Shown: piece by piece, positions 1 through 8,424 of the stretch
Layout of the letters: each line of letters starts with the position of its first letter
Numbering within the stretch: position 1 is the stretch's first letter
Source of the DNA: a virus
IMG/VR virus record: IMGVR_UViG_3300005095_000173
Coordinates: 1-64,000 of that record
Reading direction: 5' to 3' (one strand)
Length of the DNA stretch: 64,000 bases
The notes under the pieces: generated by a model
Told to the model about the DNA's origin: nothing
What the model saw: the letters and a program-made list of their open reading frames with translations, nothing else
Databases searched by the model: none
Program-made: the position numbers and the translations under genes

Positions 1-7
1 GAAGATA

Positions 8-289
8 GTGGAAACTAATACCTATGTTGAACGTACGTATAATGTTGGTCAATATCAGTCATTAAAGATCTTTACTTCATTCAATGTAGATAATACTGAT
101 GTTGATAATTTTTTGAAAGCTGTAAAATATTATACAATTTTATTAGACTTAGCGTATTACAACTATATTTCTACAAGTCCAGTTGTAAACAATAGTCTCA
201 CTAAAGAAGTTATGGAGCAATTCCGAGAAGCCTTAAAAGAATTAAGTCCACAAATCAAAATTGAAATTGTAGAGGAGGAACAAAAATGA
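8..289 (+). CDS. hypothetical protein
   Basis: 93-aa ORF with GTG start; stop overlaps next start (ATGA). Confidence 0.6.
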   Translation: METNTYVERTYNVGQYQSLKIFTSFNVDNTDVDNFLKAVKYYTILLDLAYYNYISTSPVVNNSLTKEVMEQFREALKELSPQIKIEIVEEEQK

Positions 290-1071
290 GTTATGTAATC
301 ATGCCTGAGAAACGCCAAAATAATCCTAATGGCGAGAAGAAATGGGCGAAGAAAAAGTTCTTTAGCTGGAAGTTTCCTGGTAAACATAAGATTCAGTTAT
401 TGGATAAAGAAATCAAGCCAGCTTATGTACATTGGGTAAATGGAGCTTATGTAGCCTGTCTTGGGTCTGAGTGCCCAGTTTGTAAAGAGAATTACCGTAT
501 TATTCGTGAGGCAGAAGAAGCTGGAACTGACTATAACAAGCATCCAGATTATCGTCGTAAAACACTACGGTACTATACAAATGTACTTGATTTGACTGAA
601 GTAAAAAAGTGCCCAAAGTGTGGGTATGAAAGTCATAAGCGTGAGAATGGTACTTGGCTTGATGTTTGTGAAGAATGTGGACAAACTTTAATCAACGTTG
701 AACCAGAACCCAGCATGGAAGTAAAGATCATGTCAAAGGGTAAGCAATTATTTGAAAAGTTCAACCTATTTGAAGAGCTTCATGGAGACCCAACTTCGTA
801 CCCAATTATCCTTATTGTGAAGAACAGCCGTGAAGTTGATGCTGTACCTTTGACTAATGAACCAATTGTTGAAGGCGATTTCTCTGATAAGATGTATAAT
901 CTACCAGAAGAAGCTCTACTGAAACTTACTCCAGATGAGATGGTTCAGCTAATGAGTGGTGTACGTGTTCGTGATATTCTCGTAGCACGCCGTGCAAACA
1001 AGGAAAACAATACTACTCCTACGGTGAATGACGATATTAAATCAGCAGTTGACCAACTACTTTCTGACTAA
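286..1071 (+). CDS. putative single-stranded DNA-binding protein (gp32-like) with inserted Zn-ribbon
   Basis: HW..C....CPVC then RYYTNVLD; extra CPKC/CEEC; acidic C-terminal tail; upstream of helicase. Confidence 0.55.
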   Translation: MSYVIMPEKRQNNPNGEKKWAKKKFFSWKFPGKHKIQLLDKEIKPAYVHWVNGAYVACLGSECPVCKENYRIIREAEEAGTDYNKHPDYRRKTLRYYTNVLDLTEVKKCPKCGYESHKRENGTWLDVCEECGQTLINVEPEPSMEVKIMSKGKQLFEKFNLFEELHGDPTSYPIILIVKNSREVDAVPLTNEPIVEGDFSDKMYNLPEEALLKLTPDEMVQLMSGVRVRDILVARRANKENNTTPTVNDDIKSAVDQLLSD

Positions 1072-1091
1072 CTGATTTGAAGGAGGTGCTC

Positions 1092-1427
1092 ATGTCTTCA
1101 GTTTTTGAATTGCTCCATAATTCAAACAACGATAGAGAATTTGTCAAGAACGCAGTTTTCGCGTATAGCGCCATAACAGGAAAAGCAATAACTAATAATC
1201 TGTATAGTATCTTTGGTAGGTTATTAAAGTTATATGGTAGAAAAGGAGTAATAAGTTCTCTATATACCTTGGATACAGCAATAGCTACAGGAAGCTTTGA
1301 ACTAAAAGGGAATATCTACCCATTTCTTGCATACGGCGCTAAAAAGGCTTTTGAAGAAGACATGAGCACCAAACAAAACTATCAAAGTTTAGACAACTTA
1401 GCTAAATCATTGAGGAGGAAGAAGTAG
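1092..1427 (+). CDS. hypothetical protein (possible helicase loader/initiator)
   Basis: AGGAGG RBS before ATG 1092; abuts dnaB. Confidence 0.55.
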   Translation: MSSVFELLHNSNNDREFVKNAVFAYSAITGKAITNNLYSIFGRLLKLYGRKGVISSLYTLDTAIATGSFELKGNIYPFLAYGAKKAFEEDMSTKQNYQSLDNLAKSLRRKK

Positions 1428-2674
1428 TGTCAGCTCATGAATCTGAAATTGCTGTACTAAGTATCTTACTAAAAAATCAGGATCTATTCTATGATTTTCC
1501 AGAAGATTTATTTTCATCTGAGGTAAATAGAAATATTTACCGAATTATGAAGTTTATTAGAGAAGATGGGAAAGATATTGATCCATACTTGATTAAACTA
1601 ATAGCAAAAGAAAATAATTTGAATATCGGTGGGGATGAATATATTGATGTATTATTGTCAAGTCAGTATTCCTCACGAAATTTTGAGGACTATATTCACG
1701 ACCTAGAGCGTAACTATAAGAAAAGAAAACTATTTGATCTATCTCTATATATTAGAGACGCACTTATTGATGATACATCTGAAGATAATGTATCAGATAT
1801 TATTATTTCTGAAATAGAGAAACTACGCTCTATTGGAAAAGTAAATATTGAATCTCTATCTGATAGTTCTCTTGATCTATTTGAGAAAATTGCGTATGAA
1901 GTTGAGAATGGAATTCTACCTGGGTTTTCATCTGGGTTTCAGAAAATTGACGCAATCACATCTGGCATTCGCCCAGGAAACTTATGGGTAATTGCAGGTC
2001 GTCCAGGTATGGGTAAATCATCCTGGCTAATTTCATCTGCAAGAAATACAGATTACAATAAAATTATCTTTTCTCTTGAAATGAGTAAAGAAGAATTTCT
2101 AGAGCGTGAGTTCTCAATTGGAAGCGGAGTTCCACTGATAAAAATCAGATCTCGCTCCCTTTCTAAAAAAGAGTTAGATTTAGTTAAAGATGCCGCTACT
2201 AATTTCAAGAATCGAGATGATATTTTTCTTACTACAAAAGTTTTCGGCCTTTCTGCTCTTGAGAGAGAAATTAGAAGTGTAGTAAAACACAACGACGTAA
2301 AGGTTGTATATATTGACTATGTTCAGTTATTAGCAGAGCGTAATAATGAATCAACACATGAAATTGGTAGAATTTCGCGAAAGCTAAAGTTGTTAGCTAG
2401 AGAACTCGGCATTGGTATTATCTTATTATCACAACTAAATCGTAATGTTGAACTCCGTGATAATAAGCGCCCAATTCTTTCTGACCTGAGACAATCAGGT
2501 AATTTGGAAGAGGACGCAGATATTGTTGGTTTCCTATATCGTGATGAATATTACGATAAAAATTCTAAAGATAAAGATGTTGTTGAATTTATTATTGCTA
2601 AACAAAGAAACGGCCCAGTTGGGACTTTATTCTTAAAGATGAATAAATCAACAACGGAAATTTATGAGGAGTAA
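1427..2674 (+). CDS. dnaB: DnaB-like replicative helicase
   Basis: Walker A GRPGMGKS, FSLEM, IDYVQL, LSQLNR, DLRQSGNLEEDAD, KQRNGPVG. Confidence 0.95.
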   Translation: MSAHESEIAVLSILLKNQDLFYDFPEDLFSSEVNRNIYRIMKFIREDGKDIDPYLIKLIAKENNLNIGGDEYIDVLLSSQYSSRNFEDYIHDLERNYKKRKLFDLSLYIRDALIDDTSEDNVSDIIISEIEKLRSIGKVNIESLSDSSLDLFEKIAYEVENGILPGFSSGFQKIDAITSGIRPGNLWVIAGRPGMGKSSWLISSARNTDYNKIIFSLEMSKEEFLEREFSIGSGVPLIKIRSRSLSKKELDLVKDAATNFKNRDDIFLTTKVFGLSALEREIRSVVKHNDVKVVYIDYVQLLAERNNESTHEIGRISRKLKLLARELGIGIILLSQLNRNVELRDNKRPILSDLRQSGNLEEDADIVGFLYRDEYYDKNSKDKDVVEFIIAKQRNGPVGTLFLKMNKSTTEIYEE

Positions 2675-2677
2675 TTT

Positions 2678-3085
2678 ATGGTAAATCAAAAAAGAAGCGG
2701 AACAAACTTTGAACGTCAAGTGGCTAAGTATCTTGACAGAATCTCAAAGTATTGGAAATGGAAACGTGTTGCTGGAAGTGGTGCATTGGGTACAAATCTA
2801 AAAGAACCTGGGCTTATGGGAGACATTGTCGGAAAATCTGATAATGTGCCATTTAGTATAAAATTAGAGGCTAAGTTCGGATATGGTGGTTCTAAACAGC
2901 TCACTGTAAAGAAAGAGTGGTTAGATAAAATTAGAGAAGAAGCAAAACTAACAAATGATCTTCCAGCATTAATTGCTAGGTTCAAAAATGCACGTAGTGG
3001 AACAGAAGAATTTGTGTGCATGGATGTTAGAGATTTTGTACGATTAATAGACTATTTATCAGAAGTACTGTCATTGGAGGAATAA
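2678..3085 (+). CDS. Holliday junction resolvase (Hjc-like PD-(D/E)xK)
   Basis: KRSGTNFERQVA, SGA, GDI, LEAK motifs. Confidence 0.8.
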   Translation: MVNQKRSGTNFERQVAKYLDRISKYWKWKRVAGSGALGTNLKEPGLMGDIVGKSDNVPFSIKLEAKFGYGGSKQLTVKKEWLDKIREEAKLTNDLPALIARFKNARSGTEEFVCMDVRDFVRLIDYLSEVLSLEE

Positions 3086-3086
3086 A

Positions 3087-3434
3087 ATGAATGCTCCAGA
3101 TATGTCACAAGCATATGAATTGCTTGATAGAATCTATGAGCTAACAAAAAAATATGGTGAGCTTCAACTAAAAATAAATGCTGCTAAATCAGCGATAGTT
3201 AATAAAGTTGTAAATGATCCAAAGTATTGGAAAAATGGCAAACCCCCCTCAATGTCATTTATAGAAAAAACTTATTTGATTTCTGGTATTGATGGGTTTG
3301 ATATGTTAGCTCTCTTGAAAGAAAAAGAAGAAGTAAAGTCTGAACTAGACTATATGAAAATGAAGTTAGAAATTTTCAAATTGGAGGTAGAAGTGTGGAG
3401 AACAGAGAGCGCAAATCAAAGAACATTAAGCTAA
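3087..3434 (+). CDS. hypothetical coiled-coil protein
   Basis: GGAGG RBS; helical 115-aa ORF inside the recombination module. Confidence 0.65.
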   Translation: MNAPDMSQAYELLDRIYELTKKYGELQLKINAAKSAIVNKVVNDPKYWKNGKPPSMSFIEKTYLISGIDGFDMLALLKEKEEVKSELDYMKMKLEIFKLEVEVWRTESANQRTLS

Positions 3435-4114
3435 GTGCTTCTACTATTTCTGATTATCTTTCATGTCCAAGAAAAGTATATTATAGAATTTATCATCGTG
3501 AATTAGCAGTAGAAACAGAACCGCTAATTCTCGGTAATGCAGTTCACAATGCTTTAGAAAAGCACAGCGACAATTTTCTTGCAGCTATAGAATATATTAA
3601 TTCTTTAGATATTGATGATAAGATTAAACAGAAAGCTAGTAGAATGGTTTCAAATTATTTTAAGTATTATAAAGATTTAGTTGATGATGAAGATAAAATC
3701 GAAGAGTTTATCAACTTCTATTTTGAAGATATTCCAATTGTTGCAAAGATTGATCGTTATAATGATCATAGAATTATTGACTGGAAAACGTCAAGGCGAG
3801 CAAAGCCAAATGGAATGGAAAATGATATTCAATCTATTATTTATAAGAAGGCAGTCAGGGAAAAAACAGATAAAGATCCACAACAGATTTTATTCGTAAA
3901 TCTGAATGTTCCAGCTGTATCTGAATCCGCAGTAAATTCTAGATTTGAAGAGTATTTCTGGAAGGAAATTGTACCTTATGTTTATAATGGAATTATGAAT
4001 GATATATTTCCAGCTACAGGAATCTTCAATTGGAACTCTCCATGTAGATATTGTCAATTTAGAGAGGCCTGCATGTCAGATATTTCTGGAGGATTAAATG
4101 AAAAAGGTAAGTAG
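3395..4114 (+). CDS. Cas4/RecB-like PD-(D/E)xK exonuclease
   Basis: LSAS..SCPRK, GNAVH, KIDR..IIDWKT, Q..IY, C-terminal CRYCQFREAC (4 Cys, Fe-S-type). Confidence 0.85.
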   Translation: MENRERKSKNIKLSASTISDYLSCPRKVYYRIYHRELAVETEPLILGNAVHNALEKHSDNFLAAIEYINSLDIDDKIKQKASRMVSNYFKYYKDLVDDEDKIEEFINFYFEDIPIVAKIDRYNDHRIIDWKTSRRAKPNGMENDIQSIIYKKAVREKTDKDPQQILFVNLNVPAVSESAVNSRFEEYFWKEIVPYVYNGIMNDIFPATGIFNWNSPCRYCQFREACMSDISGGLNEKGK

Positions 4115-4433
4115 AAATCATCTCATTATTAAGAACTACCTACGTAGATATAATGAAATAAAATCTGACGTGCAGTTCCAATATGGAGATCATGTTATAT
4201 TTGATGTGGATTCAGAAGAATATTCAGATTTACTTAGTATTGATATTATAATCTCTAATCTTCTTGAGAAGAAAGAGATTGATGATAGAGATTTTAGAAT
4301 AATAGAGTTATTCAAAGACGGGTATACATATCAAGAAATAGGAGAAGTTGTTGGTCTTTCAAGACAAATTGTTTCAAAGAAATTAGATGAAGCAATTGCT
4401 AAAATCTCTAAAATATTTTTCAATGAGGAGTAA
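4098..4433 (+). CDS. sigma70 region-4-like HTH protein
   Basis: DGYTYQEIGEVVGLSRQIVSKKLDEAIAKI. Confidence 0.75.
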   Translation: MKKVSRNHLIIKNYLRRYNEIKSDVQFQYGDHVIFDVDSEEYSDLLSIDIIISNLLEKKEIDDRDFRIIELFKDGYTYQEIGEVVGLSRQIVSKKLDEAIAKISKIFFNEE

Positions 4434-4438
4434 TACAA

Positions 4439-5149
4439 ATGGCTTATGTACTACGTTGTATCCATAGACATACAATTGATGAGCACCCAGCTTGTTTTGC
4501 TAAAGGATTGATTAAATTACCAGAAGGCGCTAGATCTGTGAAATTCAAGAAAGACGGTACAGTTGAATTTGTACCTTGGTGGACCAATCCAGAATATAAG
4601 ATTGGTTACCTAGATATTGAAACTGACAATCTAAACGCTAATTTTGGTAAAATGCTTACCTGGGCAATTAAGGAAAAAGGTGGGAAAACTTATTATAGTT
4701 CTATTACACGTGATGAAATCTTTTCTTACAAATTTGATAAAAGAATTACAGCTGAACTTTTAGAAGTATTGAAAGAATTTAGAATTATTGTGACCTACTA
4801 CGGGAAGCGATTTGATATGCCTTTTATCCGTACACGTGCGGTATATTGGGGATTAGATACTGAAATTCTAGAGTATAGAAATCTATTTCACTGGGATTTA
4901 TATGATATTATTAAACGTAAATTTAGATTCCATCGTAATACATTAGAAACTGCTACGAGGTTCTTTGGAATTGAAGGTGAGCATGGTGGTAAAAATCATG
5001 TAGAGGGAGAAATATGGGAACGTGCTAAATACGGAGATGGAGAAGCACTGAAGTATGTATTAGATCATAATATTCGTGACGTGGAAATTTTAGAGATGTT
5101 ACATGATAAGGTAGGCAATTTCCATTCTCGACCAAAGACAAGTGTATAG
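4439..5149 (+). CDS. RNase H-like (DEDD/YprB-type) 3'-5' exonuclease
   Basis: LDIET, YYGKRFDMPFI, HWDLY, HNIRDV; N-terminal Cys/His cluster. Confidence 0.85.
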   Translation: MAYVLRCIHRHTIDEHPACFAKGLIKLPEGARSVKFKKDGTVEFVPWWTNPEYKIGYLDIETDNLNANFGKMLTWAIKEKGGKTYYSSITRDEIFSYKFDKRITAELLEVLKEFRIIVTYYGKRFDMPFIRTRAVYWGLDTEILEYRNLFHWDLYDIIKRKFRFHRNTLETATRFFGIEGEHGGKNHVEGEIWERAKYGDGEALKYVLDHNIRDVEILEMLHDKVGNFHSRPKTSV

Positions 5150-5158
5150 GAGTTATAC

Positions 5159-5389
5159 ATGAAAATCACTGTAAATTATAATCAAACATTTGGTACTATT
5201 GAAGTATCAGTTGATAAGAATAGTGATTTGAATTTCGTCATTACTGATAAGAAATTTATTATATCAAAGAAAACGTTTTCTTTACTTCTAAAGATGTTAT
5301 TATTTATGGGAATTATTTCCCCAAGATTACTGTACGGTATTTTAGAAGAGTACTATACTTATAGAAAGGAGATAAAAAATGCCACGTAA
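5159..5389 (+). CDS. hypothetical protein
   Basis: AGGAG RBS, in operon. Confidence 0.6.
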   Translation: MKITVNYNQTFGTIEVSVDKNSDLNFVITDKKFIISKKTFSLLLKMLLFMGIISPRLLYGILEEYYTYRKEIKNAT

Positions 5390-5534
5390 AAAGAAAATTC
5401 TTGTTACAAATGAGGATGATTTTGCTGAGGTTCCTGTAGAAGAAGAAAAACCTGAGAAGAAAAAGAAGAGCAAGAAAGTAAAGAAACCAGCAAAACCAGT
5501 AAATAAAAAGGGGCAACTATATACTTGGGACTAG
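5379..5534 (+). CDS. small Lys-rich protein (51 aa, not in ORF track)
   Basis: AAGGAG RBS; MPRKKKILVTNEDDFAEVPVEEEKPEKKKKSKKVKKPAKPVNKKGQLYTWD fills the gap exactly. Confidence 0.65.
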   Translation: MPRKKKILVTNEDDFAEVPVEEEKPEKKKKSKKVKKPAKPVNKKGQLYTWD

Positions 5535-5543
5535 GAGGAAGTA

Positions 5544-6092
5544 ATGAAGATCGTTTTGATTTCTGGATATATTGGAAGCGGTAAGACAACATTTGCTAAT
5601 TATCTAAAGGATTATCTTAATAAAAAAGGATGTTATACGGAAAAATTAGCTTTTGCAGATAAAGTAAAACAAATTGCTAAGGAAGACTTTTTATGGGACG
5701 GCAAGAAAGATAAGAAGGGTCGTAGACTTCTTCAAGTAATTGGAACCGAAGCTGGACGAGAATACGACCCAGATATTTGGGTGAAGTATATGCTAAAGGC
5801 GATTAGAGATTTACCAATTGATCCTTCTGTTGTAGTTATTGATGATTGGAGATTTCCAAACGAATATTATTCATTAGCTTCTTATTATGATGTATATACT
5901 GTAAGAGTATTAGGTAAAGAACGTATTTCTGATCACCCATCAGAGACGTCTTTAGATAACTCTGACATTCCTTATTTTATGCAGATACCAAATACCTTTA
6001 CTAGCCCTGAAGAAGATTTTGATGCTCCTGCTGAGAAGTTATACGAAATTCTTTGTGATTATTGGGCAAACCTTGACAAAGAAGTGGAATAG
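5544..6092 (+). CDS. deoxynucleoside monophosphate kinase
   Basis: SGYIGSGKTT, FADKVK, RRLLQVIGTE, DWRFPNE, HPSE. Confidence 0.9.
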   Translation: MKIVLISGYIGSGKTTFANYLKDYLNKKGCYTEKLAFADKVKQIAKEDFLWDGKKDKKGRRLLQVIGTEAGREYDPDIWVKYMLKAIRDLPIDPSVVVIDDWRFPNEYYSLASYYDVYTVRVLGKERISDHPSETSLDNSDIPYFMQIPNTFTSPEEDFDAPAEKLYEILCDYWANLDKEVE

Positions 6093-6101
6093 TGGTATAA
6101 T
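6073..6101 (+). promoter_or_regulatory. sigma70/sigmaA consensus promoter for tRNA-Pro
   Basis: TTGACA-17nt-TATAAT with extended TG. Confidence 0.9.
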
Positions 6102-6124
6102 GCTCCCAAGTTAGGGAGCATATT

Positions 6125-6199
6125 CGGGAAGTAGCTCAGCCTGGACAGAGCACTCGCCTTGGACGTGAGGGGTCGCAGGTTCAAGTCCTGCCTTCCCGA
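6125..6199 (+). tRNA. tRNA-Pro(TGG)
   Basis: CGGGAAG/CTTCCCG acceptor, D arm GCTC/GAGC, loop CTTGGAC, T arm GCAGG-TTCAAGT-CCTGC, A73. Confidence 0.92.
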
Positions 6200-6201
6200 C
6201 C

Positions 6202-6230
6202 TTGACAAAATAAATATTCTGTGGTATAAT
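6202..6230 (+). promoter_or_regulatory. sigma70/sigmaA consensus promoter for tRNA-Ile
   Basis: TTGACA-17nt-TATAAT, TGTGG before -10; starts 3 nt after the tRNA-Pro discriminator. Confidence 0.9.
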
Positions 6231-6240
6231 GCTTGTACAC

Positions 6241-6313
6241 TGGCTGGTAGCTCAATGGTTAGAGCAACGGTCTTATAAGCCGTAGGTTGTGGGTTCGACT
6301 CCCACCCAGCCAA
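6241..6313 (+). tRNA. tRNA-Ile(TAT)
   Basis: TGGCTGG/CCAGCCA acceptor, anticodon arm ACGGT-CTTATAA-GCCGT, T arm GTGGG-TTCGACT-CCCAC, A73. Confidence 0.9.
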
Positions 6314-6348
6314 CCTTGAAATAAAATCTTATATAAGAGAGGATAAAT

Positions 6349-6729
6349 ATGACAGCATACACAGAAGTAAAAGTACGTAACCGAAATGGAATTGGTTTTT
6401 TCTTATTGTTTGGGTTTATATTTTTTATACTTGCTTTATTTGCTGTTGGAAATAAACATATTTATATGAATTCAGTTCAGTACATTAAATCAAACTGTGA
6501 ACCTGGAGATTTCTTCGCTCAAGCTGTGAATATTAAAACTGGTGAAATGTTTGAATTTTGTAGAATTGATGACAGCACAATTGGAGTTCTTATTTCAAAA
6601 CGTGGACGAATTAAAGGTGGATACACTTTTACAACTAAGCGTTATACACAAAAAGATCTTTTATCTTTCATTCGTAAAAAAGGATTAGAATTGATCAATT
6701 TCGCAGATGATGTGATCCCAAAGGAGTGA
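6349..6729 (+). CDS. membrane-anchored protein (paralog of 6914..7285)
   Basis: N-terminal TM; NC..FAQA..EFC..D..IGV. Confidence 0.7.
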   Translation: MTAYTEVKVRNRNGIGFFLLFGFIFFILALFAVGNKHIYMNSVQYIKSNCEPGDFFAQAVNIKTGEMFEFCRIDDSTIGVLISKRGRIKGGYTFTTKRYTQKDLLSFIRKKGLELINFADDVIPKE

Positions 6730-6732
6730 AAA

Positions 6733-6930
6733 ATGGAAATCGAAAAAATACTTGATAGGTTGCATGTTGATTGGAATTCATTTACTGTAACAGACTTAGG
6801 AACATATTATCTTCTTCAAGTAAGTACAGATTACGGTGTATTTCTTTTCACTAAAGAGAAAGATAATGGTGTTTGGCTGTCAACAGTTGGTTGTAGTTTT
6901 GCAAAGGAGGTAAATGATGGTTCACGCTGA
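6733..6930 (+). CDS. hypothetical protein
   Basis: AAGGAG RBS, 65 aa. Confidence 0.6.
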   Translation: MEIEKILDRLHVDWNSFTVTDLGTYYLLQVSTDYGVFLFTKEKDNGVWLSTVGCSFAKEVNDGSR

Positions 6931-7285
6931 AACGATGCCTAAGCGAAATAATAATTTTTTCTTATTTGCGATTATTATAATCATGTTTGCCTTCGGAGCA
7001 ATGACAGCTTTAGGTATTTTATCTCAGCATGCCGCGGGTGGAAACTTTGGTCAAGTAAATTGCAACGAGAATAATATTTTTGCAAAAGCATCGAATTACC
7101 AAGGCATTGTACAAGAATACTGTATGACTGAGGATGGTGTCATCGGTGTGCGAGTTTATTCTAATGGAAAATTAGTAAATGAATATTATATGACTGAGAA
7201 TATCAAATCACTTCAAGATTTCTTAGACTACTTAGAAAAAGAAAATTTACGATTGGTTTACTTTCTTAATTCTGTTTTCAAATAA
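6914..7285 (+). CDS. membrane-anchored protein (paralog of 6349..6729)
   Basis: N-terminal TM; NC..FAKA..EYC..D..IGV. Confidence 0.7.
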   Translation: MMVHAETMPKRNNNFFLFAIIIIMFAFGAMTALGILSQHAAGGNFGQVNCNENNIFAKASNYQGIVQEYCMTEDGVIGVRVYSNGKLVNEYYMTENIKSLQDFLDYLEKENLRLVYFLNSVFK

Positions 7286-7297
7286 AGGAGGAATAAA

Positions 7298-7441
7298 ATG
7301 TTCTATGACGAAAGCGATGATCTAACTCAAGTTAGTTCCCCAAATTGGAAGGGAGGCTGTGTGACAATGGTAGTAATTTTTGCACTGGTCATTTTGATTA
7401 CATTTGCAGTATATGGTGTAATCAGTTTCATGGGATTTTAG
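7298..7441 (+). CDS. small single-TM protein (47 aa, not in ORF track)
   Basis: AGGAGG RBS; hydrophobic C-terminal half. Confidence 0.6.
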   Translation: MFYDESDDLTQVSSPNWKGGCVTMVVIFALVILITFAVYGVISFMGF

Positions 7442-7451
7442 GAGATACAAA

Positions 7452-7826
7452 ATGAGATTAGATTTAGAAGGATGTTTCTCAGCATTTGTAATCTTGACGC
7501 TTATTCTGATGTTAGTATCTTTGTGTGCAGTAATTTCTTATTCAGCGGTTATAAACATTCCCACACAGCAAGTAGTTATTACTGTTGACCATAAAGAAAG
7601 TATCGCTTCAGGTAGTGGGTATTCATATTTAGTATGGACTAAAGAAGGTGAAACGTTTGAAATCCGTGACAATATCTTTCACGGTAGATTCGATTCGTCT
7701 GACTTTTACAATAAACTAAAAGAAGGTAATACTTATTGCGTAGTAGTTACAGGTAAACGAATTCATGTATTGAGTTGGTATCGTAATATTCTTGGTTTTT
7801 GCGAATACAATGTTGGAGGTAACTAA
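7452..7826 (+). CDS. membrane-anchored protein (DUF1523-like OB fold)
   Basis: TM then ITVDHKE..YLVWT..ETFE..D....FDSSDFY..LKEG..Y...V.GKR.....YRNI. Confidence 0.65.
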   Translation: MRLDLEGCFSAFVILTLILMLVSLCAVISYSAVINIPTQQVVITVDHKESIASGSGYSYLVWTKEGETFEIRDNIFHGRFDSSDFYNKLKEGNTYCVVVTGKRIHVLSWYRNILGFCEYNVGGN

Positions 7827-8233
7827 TGACTAAGAAATCTTATCTAATCTTACTTGTACTTGTGGTGGCATTTTCTTCCATGTTGTTTGCCTGCCAAGCA
7901 GAAGCAGACGTGGCCTCTCAAAATTTATCAACACAGGCTGACCAGTTTCAGGTTTTTCGCCGAGTTATCTTCTACAATTCTATTACCAATGATATTATTT
8001 TTGTAGCAGAAGGCTATTGCTCTCTTGGTAACTACGACAAAGAAGGTGAACTTTCTGTAACTTGCAAGGTTGGTAATGGACTGTATGTAAAGCATTTTTT
8101 AGGTCTATCTGATAATGTTACTTACTATGTAATTCAATTAGACCCAGCGTATGCTAGTGTTCATCATTATAAAGTTATCTTCAATCCTGGAATTGCTATT
8201 CCAGATGTTGATTTAGACATTGGAGGTAATTAG
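7826..8233 (+). CDS. conserved phage lipoprotein
   Basis: lipobox LFAC; ADVASQNLS..ADQF.V.RR..FYN..EGYCS..KHFLGLSDNVTY. Confidence 0.75.
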   Translation: MTKKSYLILLVLVVAFSSMLFACQAEADVASQNLSTQADQFQVFRRVIFYNSITNDIIFVAEGYCSLGNYDKEGELSVTCKVGNGLYVKHFLGLSDNVTYYVIQLDPAYASVHHYKVIFNPGIAIPDVDLDIGGN

Positions 8234-8424
8234 TGTCTGAATTAGATGAAGTGAAAAGAATAAAAGAAGAACTGAATAAAATAATTACAGAAAAGGCAAC
8301 TGAGTTACTAAAGTATGGAGTAAAAATCCAATATATCGGTGTAGATTATTATAAAGATATAACTGTTGGAAATCAAGAAGGCGATGTTATACATTTGGTA
8401 ACAAAAGTTAGGTTAGAGATATGA
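8233..8424 (+). CDS. hypothetical protein
   Basis: GGAGG RBS; coupled GTG start. Confidence 0.55.
   Translation: MSELDEVKRIKEELNKIITEKATELLKYGVKIQYIGVDYYKDITVGNQEGDVIHLVTKVRLEI

Noticed and set aside
3395-4114. Cas4-like gene as part of a CRISPR-Cas system
   Set aside because: Solo Cas4-like nucleases are common in phage replication modules; no cas1/cas2 or array is present.
6059-6313. 84-aa - strand ORF
   Set aside because: Antisense translation of two tRNA genes.
7826-8233. Recombination directionality factor label sometimes attached to this family
   Set aside because: It has a signal peptide and lipobox, and no integrase is in the window.
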